From NCBI GenBank assembly GCA_043228905.1, contig JBHGNT010000008.1:18290001-18354000 (forward strand): a stretch of 64,000 bases of DNA, given 5' to 3'. Made by a program: the position numbers and the translations under genes. Each line of letters begins with the position of its first letter. Positions within the stretch are counted from its first letter, which is position 1. Of the stretch, positions 13,945 through 28,124 are shown piece by piece. Origin of the DNA: Azolla caroliniana (Eukaryota > Plantae > Polypodiophyta). Below the pieces are notes generated by a model. The model had not been told where the DNA came from. It saw only the letters and a program-made list of their open reading frames with translations, and ran no database searches.

Positions 13945-14416
13945 TAACAATAGGCAACGGTTTGGTTCGAGAGTGTCAAAACTGAACTGTTTAAAAAATT
14001 TGAAACTTTGAACCGAAGCAAGCCGAACCATGAAACCGTTAAAATGAACCGTTTTAAATTATTTTTTTCCAAACCATTAAACCGTAAAAACCACAGTTTT
14101 GTGGTTCAATTTCGGTTTTCAACTTGGGTCAAAATTCAAATTTTAAAATATTTCATTATTTTTAATTTTTAATTTTCAAAATTTTAAAGATTTTCTTAAA
14201 ATGTGAGAATAAGGCTTGAAAATGAAAAGATTGTTAAAATAAAATAAAAAACAAAAAACAAAAACCGTTAAACCGTTTAAATCGTTGTTTCTAACTCGTG
14301 AAACTAAACCGAACCATTTAAAAAAACTTGAACCTGAACCAAACTAAACCATTTTAACCATTAAGCCATAGTTTCGTGGTTTAGTTTGGTTAAAAAGGAA
14401 CTGTTGCTAATTGTTT
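13945..14416. mobile_element. MITE, hAT-like
   Basis: Imperfect TIRs TAACAATAGGCAACGGTT / AACTGTTGCTAATTGTTT. Flanking direct repeat (T)AACACCAC of 8-9 bp. Subterminal AAACCG/AACCG motifs and an AT-rich interior. The empty site is seen in the 3.44-kb repeat copy. Confidence 0.75.
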
Positions 14417-15242
14417 AACACCACCTACCACATTGTTGAGTTAGATGGGACTAGGTTTGCAATATCGATAACAGGAAAGTGAATGAAAATCTTCAAGGAG
14501 TCGCAAGATGAAGGTCCAAAAGTTAAAAGCCTCAAGGATGGCAACAAGCAAGAATTAAAAGGTGAAGGGTGCAAAGACTTATTACCATCATCCTCACTAT
14601 TCTTGGAATCTACCAAAGAATGTGATGGTTTGGTGGGGGTGGATGTCATGATGTGGAGTTCATCTTTGGGAAAACACATAAAAGGGGTGGTTCCTGCTTT
14701 CTTTGGGTTCCTTGTTCTTTCTTTTGGGTTGTGGAGATTCGGTAAAAGAGTGTGAGGGTTTAGAGCAGAGCAAAAGAGAAGAGTTTAGTGTTTGGTGTTT
14801 GGTGTGCATTCTTCTTCTTCTCAGTCTTCTTCTCTTCCTCATATTTTGTGTGGGTATTAGCTAGGTTACAATTACCATTTTTATTCCTTTTATTCACTTA
14901 CTATTTTGATAGGGTGATTGTTAGGGTTGTAAGAGTTTACCGAGGATGAGCATTGATTTAGCTTTTCTTAGTGAGTTATTGTGGAGGATTAGAAGGAATT
15001 ATTCAAAGAGGAGAAGATAAAAAATAAGGCACAGATAGCTACATTGACAAAAGGTCGATAGGCCGTTGATTGAGAGCTTGAGCCACCAAACTAAGGATAT
15101 CTTGTCAATCCATCTCTCTATACTCTCATCTTAGATTATTTCACCTTATGTTAGAAGGGTTTTTCGATTATATTTTTTTTTTCCTTGAAATTTTTTCTTT
15201 AGTAGTATTAAAGAACGATTGAATGTTGATGTTTTTGGAACT

Positions 15243-18200
15243 TGTTGAGGACCTGTGATTGAGTCAAGGAAGACAACAGAGATAGCTAGAAAGAAGGATC
15301 CTCACAAGAAGAACTGACAATTACATAGAGAGTGAGAGAGACATTTAGCTCAAAGATATTTTTACATTCACCACCGAACTTAGTTTACAAGAATAGTTAC
15401 TTACTTAAATAGTTTGGTCAATTGTGTTCACACTTGTTGGGAAGTCGGTCCCTTCGGATGGGATCCGGTTATGAATGAAGAGGACTCAGTGAGAACCGGA
15501 AGAGAAGACATATTTGTAAATAGCCCTAAGTTCATATGAGTATAAATACGACCTAGGGCAATCACAAAATGTGGTGGGGGTTGTCATATTGTTGTATGTG
15601 AATAACTGTTGTATAGAGTTAGAGAGACACATAACTGTTGAGTAAGCCTATTGAGGCTATATTTGTAAATAGCCCTAAGTTCATATGAGTATAAATATGA
15701 CCTAGGGCAATCACAGAATGTGGTGGGGGTTGTCATATTGTTGTATGTGAATAACTGTTGTATAGAGTTAGTGAGACACATAACGATTTTTGTTGTAACT
15801 GCTGGTTGGCGAAGACATAGAGCTTGAGGTCGTTGCCTCTGAGTCTCACATTATATTCCTCCCCTCATAGTGATAGTTGGAGTCCGTGGGCTCCCGTGGT
15901 TTTTCCCATTTAGGGTTTCCACATAAACATCATGTGTCATCTCTGTGTTAGTTTGTTTTCTTCCATTCGTTGTTTAAGTCTCGGTTGTGGCCGAACGCTA
16001 TTTTTCCTCACAATCTGGTATCAGAGTGAACAACATAGGAAATGGAAGAATCGTTTGGTGGCATGTTCAAGCTCACCGGCTCCAACTACTCAGTGTGGAA
16101 GTCGAAGACGAGAGATATGCTGGTGGTTAAAGATCTTTGGTTGCCGGTTCAGTTCGGGGACAAGAGACCAGATAAGATCGACGCCACAATGTGGGAGGTG
16201 ATGCACACGAAGACGACGGCATACATTCGGTGCTTCATCGACATGAGCCTGTACAATAATTTCAATGAAGAAAGTAAGGTTCATGAACTTTGGGAGAAGA
16301 TCATCATCATGTTCCAGAACAAGAATGTTGTTAATCGGGTTTCGGTATTCCGGAAGCTAGTGAGGATCCGTTACCAGGACGGCTCCAGTATGGTGGAGCA
16401 CATGAATGCCTTCCAAGGGCTAATACACCAACCCACCTCGTTGGAAGTACCTCTCGCAGATGAGGTACTCGCATTGCTCCTGCTCGGTTCCCTCCCAAAT
16501 AGTTAGGAGACATTAGTTTTCACATTGGGCAATGTTGGGCCTGAAGGAAAGCAGTTGTCCCTAGCAAGGGTAAAATCAAGCTTGCTAGATGAAGAAGCTC
16601 ACCAGAAGGAACGGGAGTCCGGAACCGATCTGAAGGCCTTGGTCACAGAAGATGACCAAAACCGGGGAAGAGGCTGGTATCGGAGTCCCCAAAACCGGGA
16701 CAAATCGGGGACGAGGTCGAAGTCAAGGGGGAAGCCTACTTGCTTCTACCGTGGGAAGCCGGGGCACTTCTAGAAGAACTGTCGGCATTTCCAGAAAGAG
16801 AAAGGAACCGACAATACTGACTCGAAGAAGGGTTCTGACTAGAAAGGCTCGGATTAGAAGGGAACATCGGCAATCACGGCAAGTGAAGAAGAACTGATAC
16901 TCATTACCGAGGAGAATGAGTTAAACTTTGTCGGCGACGTGGGTTGTCGATTCCGGAGCATCGTTCCATCTTACACTGGATTGAAGATGCTTCTCATCCT
17001 ACACAATCGGAGATCATGGTTGTGTCTGGATGGGGAATGAAGATACATGCCGAATTGTCGGCATAGGAGATGTGTTGTTGACGACATCAACCGGATGCAA
17101 GTTGCTGTTGAAGGATGTCCGACACGTTCCGGAGGTTCGACTGAACTTGATATCAGCCGGTCGGCTAGATGATAAAGGCTACACGGGTAACATCTGGAAC
17201 AGAGTCATGAAATTCAACAAAGGAAGCCTGATTGTGGCTCGAGCCCAGAAGATCAACACACTATATTTGATGCATGCCTAGATATGCCGGGAAGAAGTGA
17301 ACGTAGCATCCGCCAATGTCGATGAGCTGTGGCACAAGAGACTGTGTCATATGAGCCAGAAGGGGATGAGAAGACTTGCCGAAGACAACCTCATTCCGGA
17401 GGTGAAAGACGTGCATCTTGAGAAGTGCACCGATTGCTTAGCCGACAAGCAAAACCGAACCTCCTTCCGGTCAAGACCACCGATGAGACGGAATGCACCA
17501 TTGGAGCTGGTCCATACCGATGTTTGTCAAGTGGAGACGAAGTCACATCCGGATGGCAGTACTTCGTGATGTTCATAGATGACCACAACCGGAAGTTGTG
17601 GGTTTCACCACTGAAGAAGAAGGATCAAGTGTTATCCGTCTTCAAGGAGCTCCACGCGAGAGTGGAAAGAGAAATCGGCCGGAAGCTGAAGGCGATTTGA
17701 GCAAACAACGGAGGAGAATACCGGGGGCAGTTCGAGGAGTACGACCGGTCGAAGGGAATCTGGCTCGAATTTACCATGTCTAAGACGCCGGAACTAAACG
17801 GACTGGCTGAAAGGATGAACCAAACCATAATGGAGAGAATCTGGAGCATGCTTGCACATGGCAAGTTACCCAAGACGTTTTGGGCTGAGGCACTGATGAC
17901 AACGACTTACGTGATAAACAGATCATCCTTAGTACCCTTGGATGGAGACACACCACAAAGAATATGGACCGGTAAGACACGCGGTAAGACGTGTCTTACC
18001 GGCATCTGAAGGTGTTCGAGTGTCTCGCATATGTGCATGTTGCAAAGGACAAGAGAGTAAAGCTGGATCTGAAGTCCAAACCATGCATATTCCTTGGATA
18101 CGATGATGATGAGTTTGGTTATCGGGTGTGGGATCTGGTCGATAAGAAGGTGTTCCAGAGTCGGGACATAGTCTTCATGGAAGACAGGACCATTGCCGAC

Positions 18201-21200
18201 TGGGAGTCAGAGAAGAACACGATGAACTCCGGATCATCCAATGAAAACTAGTTTGAGGACACAAGGACTTACCCGGTTGAAAACCGGATGTTGGTCGGCA
18301 ACCGGATGCCACTCAACGAACTGGCTAGATACGGACAAGAAACCAAACCGACCGAAGAAGAAGAAGACGACACCGGAACCGGACAAGATTCTGAATCAGA
18401 TGAGGATGAGGAACAAACAGAGGAACCGGTAGTTAGAAACCAAGGACGGAGATATCCTCTCTGAGAGAGAAGAGCCTCCCGGAGATTCCCGGAGGCAGAG
18501 CACATATTGCTGACCGATGAGGGGGAGCCAGAAAGCTTCGAAGAAGCAAAGAAAGACACCCACAGTCGCAAGTGGTTGAGTACCATGCAAGACGAGATGG
18601 ATTTCCTGCATGAGAACCACATGTATGAACTGACGTAGTTGCCGAAAGGAAAGAGGGCACTCCGGAACAAGTGGGTGTACAAGCTAAAACTTGGAAATGC
18701 CGGAAACCCATCGAGATACAAAACCCGGATCGTGGTGAAGGGGTTCCAGCAGAAGAAAGGAGTGGGTTTCGACAAGATCTTTGCCCCGATAGTAAAAATG
18801 GCATCCATCCGGACAATATTGAGCATAGTGGCAAGCATGAACCTCGAGGTAGAGCAATTGGATGTCAAGACAACATTCCTACATGGAAACCTCGAAGAAG
18901 AGATCCATCAACCGGAAGGATTTGAGAAGAAAGGGAAGGAGCACCTGGTGTGCCGGCTAAAGAAGAGCTTATACGGATTGAAGCAAGCCCCCCGGCAATG
19001 GTACCGGAAGTTCGACTCCTTCATGACCGATCAAGGGTACCACAAAACGCAAGCCGATCACTACGTGTTTGTGAAGAAATTTGAGGGAGGTGATTTCCTG
19101 ATACTCCTATATGTGGATGACATGTTGATCGTCAGACTGAACCGAACCAAAATCGGGATGCTGAAGAAGGCCTTGAACCGGACCTTCTCCATGAAAGACT
19201 TGGGTTCGGCAAGACAGATATTGGGAATGCACATCATCCGGGACCAGTCGAAGAAGCTATTGTGGTTGTCACAGGAGAAGTACGTGACAAAGGTGCTTCA
19301 ACGGTTCAACATGTTGGAGGCAAAACCGGTCGGATCGAAACTTCCGGCAAACTGCAAGCTATCAGGAAAACAAAGCCCAAGGACAAAGGCGGAGAAGACG
19401 GATATGATGAAGATACCATATGCTTCTGTCGTCAGAAACTTGAGTACGCGATGGTATGTACCCGGCCGGATATTGGATATGCAGTCAGAGTGGTGAGCCG
19501 GTTCATGAGCAATCCCGGAAGGGAGCACTAGAAAGCGGTAAAGTGGGTACTCCGATATTTGAAAGGCACCTCGAGTATGTGCCTCCGATTCGGCTCCGGT
19601 AAACCCCTCTTGGAAGGCATCACCAATTCGGATATGTCGACTGATGTGGATACCATCCGGTCTACATTCGGATATGTCATGACTTATGCAGGGGGAGCTG
19701 TTTCATCGAAATCGAGGTTGTAGAGGACGGTTGCGTTGTCAACCACGGAGGCGTAGTACATGGCAGTTGTGGAAACCAACAAAGAGATAATCTGGATGAA
19801 GGACTTCATCAGAGAGCTAGGGATTCAACAAGAGGAATACCGGCTCTACTGTGATAGTCAAAGTGCCATCCACCTTGTGAAGAATGTTGCCTACCATTCC
19901 CGAACGAAGCACATCCAGCGGAGGTATCACTGGATCCGGGAGACAGTAGAAGATCAAGAGTTTGTGCTGACGAAGATCCACACGTAGGAGAATGGGTCGG
20001 ATATGCTAACCAAGGTGTTGACAATAGACAAACTGGACGCGTGCCATAAGCGGATCGGGTTGACTAGACATCCCATGCCGGAGTGAAGGGGGAGATTGTT
20101 GGGAAGTCGGTCCCTCCTGATGGGATCCGGTTATGAATGAAGAGGACCCGGTGAGAACCAGAAGAGATCCAGAAACCAAATCGGATGGACCCGGTGAGAA
20201 CCGAAAGAGAAGACATATTTGTAAATATGTTTTGAGTAAGCCTATTGAGGCTATATTTGTAAATAGCCCTAAGTTTATATGAGTATAAATATGACCTAGG
20301 GCAATCATAGAATGTGGTGGGGGTTGTCATATTGTTGTATGTGCATAACTGTTGTATAGAGTTAGAGAGACACAAAATGATTTCTGTTGTAACCGCCGGT
20401 TGGCGAAGACATAGAGCTCGAGGTCATTACCTCTGAGAGTCACATTGTATTCCTCCCCTCATAGTTATAGTTGGAGTCCGTGGGCTCTCGTGCTATTTCC
20501 CATTTAGGGTTTCCACATAAACATCCTATGTCATCTCTGTGTTAGTTTGTTTTCTTCCATTCGTTGTTTAAGTCTCGGTTGTGGCCTAGCGCTATTTTTC
20601 CTCACAACACTAAAGATACAAGGTTTGGGTAGAGTCGGCCTTTTATGGCAACAAAATCCCCCATAAAAGGACTACTCTGTTTTACATACAATATAATGGG
20701 GTTATCTCTCCTGTAAGCTTAAATTATAGTTTAAATTTAAACTACGGTGTATGTTACAAGCCTTTCGGCTGGTGGCCGAATCAGCAAAGGTTCAGTCAAT
20801 CTTTAGCCGAATTTGGCTAGTGTCTGAATCAAATAGTGTTCAATTCGTCTCTCGGCCTCTAGGCCGTCGGCTTTTCTTCACGTTGGTTTTCGTGCTCCTC
20901 AATGGATCATCAATTAGCTTTCGACTTTGTTTGTGTTTCGATTGCTCTTGACCTTTTGGTCTCCTCACACTCAATTGCGTCTGTAACCTTTCGAATGTCC
21001 GACTCCTTTGACTTAGCCAATTCGGTTCGTCTGGCTAGGCCAATCTTTGACTTACCTTCTACTTCTTTTCATTTAGCTCATCTTTGCTCGCTTGCTTGGT
21101 GTAGTCCCATAAGTCCTCCTAGTGTGCTGAAGTATTGATCTGGGAGAGGCTTCGTTAGGTTGTCAGTGATGTTCAACCCGGTATCCACCTTTTGGATGTC

Positions 21201-22199
21201 GAGCGTCTTGTCAATGACAAGCTCCGAGATGTGATGGTACCTTACCTCAATATGCTTTGTCTTAGCATGCTATACCAGATTCTAGATGAGATGTATTGCA
21301 CTTTAAGTGTCGCAATGCAAGGTCGGTGTCGGATGGTCGTTTCAGCTCTTACCTGAAAAGTTGACTGATAATCAGTGTAGCCAGATGGTTTCCTTGGCTA
21401 CTTCCAATGTGGCCATATACTCAGCCTTTGTCATCAAGAGTGTCATGAAATCTTGTAGCTTCGACATCGACGATATGGCGCCGCCTCCATAGATGAAGAC
21501 ATATCCTGACGTGGATTTCCGATTGTCGGGGTTGTCGACATAATCAGAATCTGTGTATCCTTCGACTTCGGTTAGCTTGTCTGATCCGAAAGTCAACTGC
21601 AAATCTTCAGTGTCATGTAGGTACCGGAATGTTTGTTTCACAACATCCAAATGCTTTCATCCAGGTTTAACATGTGCCTGCTAGTGACCCCTACGACATA
21701 GGCAAGGTCTGGCCGGGTTGCCACCATCGTGTACATAAGACTTCCTAAAGCTAATGTGTAGGGTATTCTACTCATGAGCTTTCTCTCCTCTTTTGTAGAT
21801 GGAGAGTCTCTATCCGATAGTCGATGTGACATCGGAAGCGATGTAAGTGTCAACTTCACATTCTCCATATTGAAGTGCCTCATCACCTTTTGGATATAGT
21901 CGGATTGGGAGACCTGGAGGATCTTTTTGGTTCGATTTCTCTCTATCTTCATGCCCAAAATGTGTCGGGCTTCTCTGAGTTCCTTCATTGAAAATTTCTC
22001 ATGAAGACTCCGCTTCAGCTTTTCAATCTTTGCTCTGTTGTTTCTGACAATGAGCATATCATCGACATGAAGGACCATATAGATTCGGGACTTGTCGGCT
22101 AGTTTCCGGATGTACATACATGGGTTGGAGTTCGGCAGACTATATCCAAGCTGCCAGATGTAGGTATCAAATTTCTAATACCACATTCTTGGTGCTTCT
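15243..22199 (-). mobile_element. Copia element, 3' part (RT/RNase H, PPT, 3' LTR). Its LTR is split by another Copia and its RT is cut by a chromovirus
   Basis: RT 'MVLHVDDMLIV' and RNase H 'GYTDSDYV...RKSTSGYVF' at 21372-22117. PPT at 20654-20663. LTR = ~15243-15434 plus 20612-20653, related to the LTR at 2471-2746. Confidence 0.8.
15435..20606 (+). mobile_element. Full-length Ty1/Copia (Tnt1/Tork/TAR-like), coding region degenerate
   Basis: 5' LTR 15435-16012, PBS TGGTATCAGAG at 16016, PPT GAAGGGGGAGA, 3' LTR 20097-20606, TSD ACACT. Order gag-PR-INT-RT(YVDD)-RH at 16042-~20060, with several stops and frameshifts. Confidence 0.95.
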
Positions 22200-22295
22200 T
22201 GTCAGAAATAGTACTAAAGACATAAAGGGAATTAGTACTAGATATAGAGGAGGAAAGTACTATGAGGATTAGTACTAAGAGGGACTCACGAGAGA

Positions 22296-22337
<42 letters not shown>

Positions 22338-24266
22338 TGATAACAAGTGGTATATTATCTGAAGAGATGATACAAGAACAGCTAGGAGGCTTAAGACTGG
22401 AGTTGAACCGAATTGGTTCTAAATAATGCCATGTGCCTCTTTTTATAGTATTGTCAGGAGTACTCCTAAAGGTTCTAGAATGTTCCAGAGTAATTTGGAA
22501 TATACATGAATTATAGTGAAATAATAAATGAAAATAATATTTTTTGTATTATAATGCATAGTTTAATGATAAGGGTTCAACTCATGTATCACAAGGTCAT
22601 GGGTTCAAATCCTTTTGGAGCCATATCATGACATTGCCCCCCCCCTTTTAAACGATGAGTATTACGAGTCGTCTTTGATTGAGGACCTAGTTTGTCTGGA
22701 TATTGACGATGGAAGTCTTCAAGAAGAGCTCGAGCATTGGCCACATTCTCTATTGGTTCCCAAGTACGCTCGCTTGGACTATAGCCTAGCCAATTGACTA
22801 GTAGAGCTGTTGCGAACAATCTTGGAATCGAGGATGGCAACAATCTCGTACTCATGTCCATCTTCAAGTTCGATCGGGGGTGGGGGGTGGAGGTGGTGTA
22901 ATACGATTGGGAAGAATGTTGTCTTGATAGAGTTCTAGAAGAGAACTATGAAATACCGAATGTATCCGTAGTTGCGGAGGTCGATCAAGACGAAAAATGA
23001 CATCATTAATTTTTCTGTTAATACAGAAAGGCCCTAACCATCGATAATCCAGTTTGTCACATGGTCGAGTAGTCTTGATGTGCCGTCGTAATAGCCATAC
23101 TCTATCTCCAATATAAAAATAGGACGGAAGCCAATGACAATTCGCATAATCCTTCTAGGGTTGATGGGTGTGATGCAGGTGGGTGGATAGTTCTGCTTGA
23201 ATTCGTCGTAGCCGCTCCAAATGATCCTCTGCACTAGGATTTGTGAGTAACTCATGAGTTTCTAACACACACCAATGAGGATGATAGCCTGATAAGCATA
23301 GAATGGTGTAACCCTAGTAGAGGAGTTGCTAGAATTATTATAAGCAAATTCAGCAAAGTGTAGAATATCTGCCCAATCATCTTGTTGATAGCTTACGAAA
23401 CACCGAAGATGTTGTTCCAACATTTGATGGGTACGTTCTGCTTGTCCATCTATTTGGGGATGATAGCCAAAGGAGAGATTGTAGGTGACCTTGAGCATTG
23501 TGAAGAGATGCTTCCAAAATTTAGACAAGAATTGAGGTCCACGATCACTGATGATACTGTCAGGAAGACCATGATGCCAAAATAATTCACGCATAACAAT
23601 TCCTGTGGTTTCTTCACTAGTGATTTCTTTAGTATAGGGCACGAAATGTGCCATCTTAGTATACCGATCTACCACTGTTAGGATTGCATTGAAGCCCTTT
23701 GAATCTAGAAGCTCAGTGATAAAATCTAGAGAAATAGATTGCCACGGTTTGCTTGGGATCGGTAATGGCTCCAACAAACCATATGGATTATGTTTAGGCA
23801 TCTTCGCTCTACAACATGTATCACATGTCCGAACATAGTCTTCGATAAATCCTTGCATATGAGGGCACCAAAATGATCGTTGTACTAAACCCAACGTCTT
23901 AATACTACCAGAATGTCTGGCTGTGTTTATGTCATGACAATTTTGTACTATTCAAAGGCGGCAGGAACCATTGGGAACATACAAAAGTTTCTTAAAGAAG
24001 AGTAATCCATCATGACATTCGAATTACCGATAATCCGTACCTGGTTGTTGTGACTGTGCACAAGATGCTCGAGATGGATCGATTTGATCTAGGATAGTTT
24101 GAGCGAAAACATCTATCTTCAAATCTTCACGTATGGTATCGATAATGCGGGAATCCAATGGAGTGTCAAAAACCCATGTTTCTTGAAGTTGTTCCAGACC
24201 CAGGATTACTAGCTTTTTATTGTCGAAGGCCGGATCACCAGGAAGAGGAGCTAGATACGAGCGCAT
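22200..24266 (-). mobile_element. Tcn1-like chromovirus (Gypsy), 3' fragment: INT-chromodomain-PPT-LTR
   Basis: Integrase 'PWQSISLDFIT...IISDRGPQF' at 23262-23894. Chromodomain 'WLGYSPSERTWEPIENV'. LTR 22200-22633 (TG...CA). Same family as 41535-52853. Confidence 0.9.
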
Positions 24267-24920
24267 TGTCGCGAAGATGCGTGTACGTGCGTGCTTTGGT
24301 TGAACGGGACCATTGGGGTCTTGAACTAGGGAGTTATTGAGAAGAGGACGATGTGAATGTAAGATTTGGGGAAACAATGAGCACTACACTTGAGAAGATC
24401 GGAAATTTTTACACTCGAGAAGAAGATAAACAAGAATAATAAGAAGAAGATTATTATATTGATGGTGATAGTGATGATGATAATATCACATATTGAGCCC
24501 CCCCCTTTACACAAGCCGTACTAGGGGTTTTATAGGTTTGTCCATGCACAAAACCATGGGCTTAGAGTCATTGTTTCTATGCACACAGTTTTGCTTCGTG
24601 ACATGCAGAAAACCATGGGCTTAAAACCATGGTTTTGTGTACACGGTTTTGTACGTTTGTTTCCTACGGAATATTGAATATGAGAAAGAAATATAGAAAA
24701 TCTGAAGCACTTAGTAGTATCTTTAGTGGTAAGTTAATTGTCTCTTATCTTAGAGGTGCAAGGTTCAAATCTTACTTGCAACCCTCTACATGCACTCAAT
24801 GCCATTGTGAACCAGGTTTATTTATTACTGATTTATTTTCATTTTTACAAGTATTCGTGAAATGTGTGTGGATCCTCAATTTTTGACTTTTTCTCGCACT
24901 AGACACGCCACATCACGACA
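24267..24920 (-). mobile_element. Lone LTR (654 bp) of the TGTCG...CGACA lineage, with no TSD
   Basis: Termini TGTCGCG / CACGACA. 'gggaccattggggtcttgaactagg' matches 'gggaaccactggggttttggactagg' in the 44933 LTR. Left flank is chromovirus pol; right flank is Copia integrase. Confidence 0.75.
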
Positions 24921-25180
24921 ATTTCTTTACCGGTCCATACTCTTTGTGGTGTATTTCCTTCTAAGGGTGTTGAGGGTGATCTGTTTATCACATAGGTCGT
25001 CGTCATCAGCGCCTCAACCCAAAACGTCTTGGGCAACTTAGCATGTGCCAACATGCTCCGAACTCTCTCCATCACCGTTTGGTTCATCCTTTCGGCCAAT
25101 CCATTCAGCTCTGGCGTCTTCGGCACGATAAACTTGAGCCAAATTCCTTTTGACTGACAATATTCCTCGAATTGCCCCTG
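24921..25180 (-). mobile_element. Copia integrase fragment, same family as 15435-20606
   Basis: 'PKTPELNGLAERMNQTVMERVRSMLAHAKLPKTFW', nearly the same as 17776-18009. Confidence 0.85.
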
Positions 25181-28067
25181 GTCACCGACTCGTGTACCAA
25201 GCACGTCTGATCTTCGACTTCCCAACTCTGTCGGTCGGGTCCGTTTCCGGTTCGTGGCCGCCTTCCTGGCCTCATACCTCCTTTCACTCTACTTTCCGTC
25301 GTTCGATCATCTCTCCTATAGGACTCACGCCGGCACTGGGGCCGATCGTCGGATCGGTGTGAGGATCTTCGTGGGACCTCCCCTTCTGCCTTCGGTTGCC
25401 CACCTTGCTGCCGCCACCGTTCCTTACTCTAGGTCTCACGCCGGCTCTCGGGCCGACCGCCGGAGTCTCTTGAACCGATGTGTGTAAGGTCGCAGCTAAC
25501 CGCTTGCCGTTTTCCCAACCTTTGTGTCAGCATCTTCTGCTGGTCACGTTCACCTGCCGCCACCAATCTCTCCTATAGGACTCACGCCGGCACTCAGGTT
25601 GACCGCCGGATCGGTGTGAGGATCTTTGTAGACCGCCCTTTCCGCCTTCTGTTGCCTTCATCCCCTCGCCGCCACTGATCGCCACTCTAGGTCTCACGCC
25701 GGCTCTCGGGCCGACCGCGAGAGTCTCTAGAACCGGTGTGAAGGATCCTCCTCGGGCTCTTTGGCACCCGGACCCTTATCCCGGGTCATCTCTCTCCACA
25801 TGTCGAGACGGTGGCTCGCTCCACACCCTCTCCCGTGGTACCGACGTATCGTGTTCCCGGCCTCTTCGTAGGCCTGCTCTCTTCCTCCCTTCTGGATTGG
25901 TTATCCGGAAGTCCGCTCCGCCCGGTTCTCGTTCGTCATTCTCTGGATTGTCGGGTCTCGTTCTCCTGTCGCCATTGTCAGTATCTTGGTCTTACGTCGG
26001 ATCCGATGCCGACCTCCAAAGTCTCTAGATCCGATGTGAGGTGACCCATAGGACTGGTCTTCACTCTCCGCTTCCGTCCCTTGTACTTCTCCCGGACTCG
26101 TCGTCGCTCTCCTTGTTGCGTTCCCGCCTCCATCTTCCATCTCTTGCAGTCTCACATTGCCACGCCGACCGAACTGCCGAAGTCTCCGGTCAAGATGTGG
26201 GGACACCGATTTCGTAACGACTCTCGCCGACTCATCCAGGGCCACCGACCCTTTTAGTGGTGCTGGTGGATAGCATCTGCTCCATGATCAATCAAGTCCG
26301 CCTGGGCTTGATTCTCCAATGTCCAGAGTTTCGGCTCCGATGTCGATCCTGCCGGACTCGTTCCGTACCCTCGATCATCTTCTTCCCGATTCCCGACCTT
26401 CGCCCGGTCGGTCTTTCTCCCCATGTAAAAGAGGGCAGCTCGTTTCGCACCCTCTCCTGTATCGGCTCCCTCATGCCGATTCTGGCCCCGGTCAAACAAT
26501 CCATGACCAGATCGTGCTCCAACCGAATCGGACTGTCGCACGGTTCGGTCCCCGGTCAGGTCGTTTCTTGGTCTCTTCGTCAACCTTCTCACGGGCCACC
26601 TCCCATCCTTCTTCGCTGGCATCGTGCCAGGACTCCTCGATACTGTCATCCATCTCCTCGGTCTCACATGGGCGTAAGGGCCCGAATGCCGAGTTCTCCG
26701 GAATCGCTCCCGAGGGCTCTTGTCCGTTCCTTTCTCATATCATCTCACCGGTGATTCTAGGTCCCTCGCCGCCACCTTCCTCCTCTTGGGGCTCACGTGG
26801 GCACTTGGGCCCGATTGCCATCGTTTTGGGAGCAAGTGTGGGAAGACGCGAAGAATCGCTCGTTCGTTTTATGCCCTTGTCCGTAGCCACTGGCTCTTCG
26901 TGGTCGGCGGTTGTCTCCTTACCGATCGCACTAGCCCCGCCTGGGCTTGCTTCTCCAATGTCCGGAGCCTCGGGTTGACGTGCCCGAAACCTCCGGTCCC
27001 AATGTTCCGATCCTGCGATCGGTATCTCGGCCGTTCTATCTCCGCAAGTCAAGAGGGCGTTTTGTTTCGCACCCTCTCCCGTGGTACCATGGTACCGATC
27101 TTCTTCCTCCTTGTGGGGCAAGTTCGTCTCCTCAAGCTCGGCTTGCAGCCTCAATCTTTCCTCTTCCTCGAGCATCTTCTCGAGAGTTGCGTATGCCTCC
27201 ACAATCCTAGCCCCGAAGCCGAGCCTTGTTGACTCCTTTTGCCATTCGGCCTCTTCCCGCTGTGATGGCGCGCCGTCGCGCGCCTTCCTCCTAGCCTTCC
27301 TGGCCTGCTCGTCATCTAGCCGTTGGCATACCCTTCCGACCTTCGACCAGTCCTCCGTAAGGCCATTCGCTCCGTCCTCGTCCTCGAGCTCAATCCCGAT
27401 GGCCTCCCGTTCCGCTCGGTCAATCTACTTAACGAACAACAGGACTTTGTCCGCCCCCAGCAAACCTTGTTCCCACTCCAGGAGCTGAGCAAGCCGTTGC
27501 TCGAACTCTTGGAACGCCTTCGTTGCACCCCGGTGGGTCTTCGCTGATGCAACCCACTGGTCGAAGCCGCGTCATCCCCGGCTCTTCCGCCGTGCTCCAT
27601 ATGCCTGCAGGAGCGCCTCTTCGAAGGCCTCCCACGAACTATGAGCTTCTCGGAGCTCCTTCACTTCCGCATGCATACGGACGACGATGACCCAACAAAA
27701 GAACTCCAACCTCAACGCCTCGTCTACGTCTCGCTCCTCCATTTCCATGTTGTAGGCTTCCAAGTAGAATGGGACCTTGTCCCCGTTGAAACGGCTGACT
27801 CTTTCGACCACTCGCTCAACCGCTTGTTGCGCCGACTCTCGTCTTGCTATTGCTCGTCCAAACTCCCTCACCGCTTCAACAAAAAGTTGCGCGAAGTCGT
27901 CTTCTTTCAACTCCATTCTTCCTTGTTGCACTTTCACGTCGGGTTCACCAAATTATGTCGTGTTATTACGCGCATGCGTGTAGAAGGAGCGGGACCACGG
28001 GGGTCTCGAACGAGAGAGGAAGGGATGCCGAGAAGACGATTCCGGACGCGTCCCGGAAGCAACCGAA

Positions 28068-28124
<57 letters not shown>

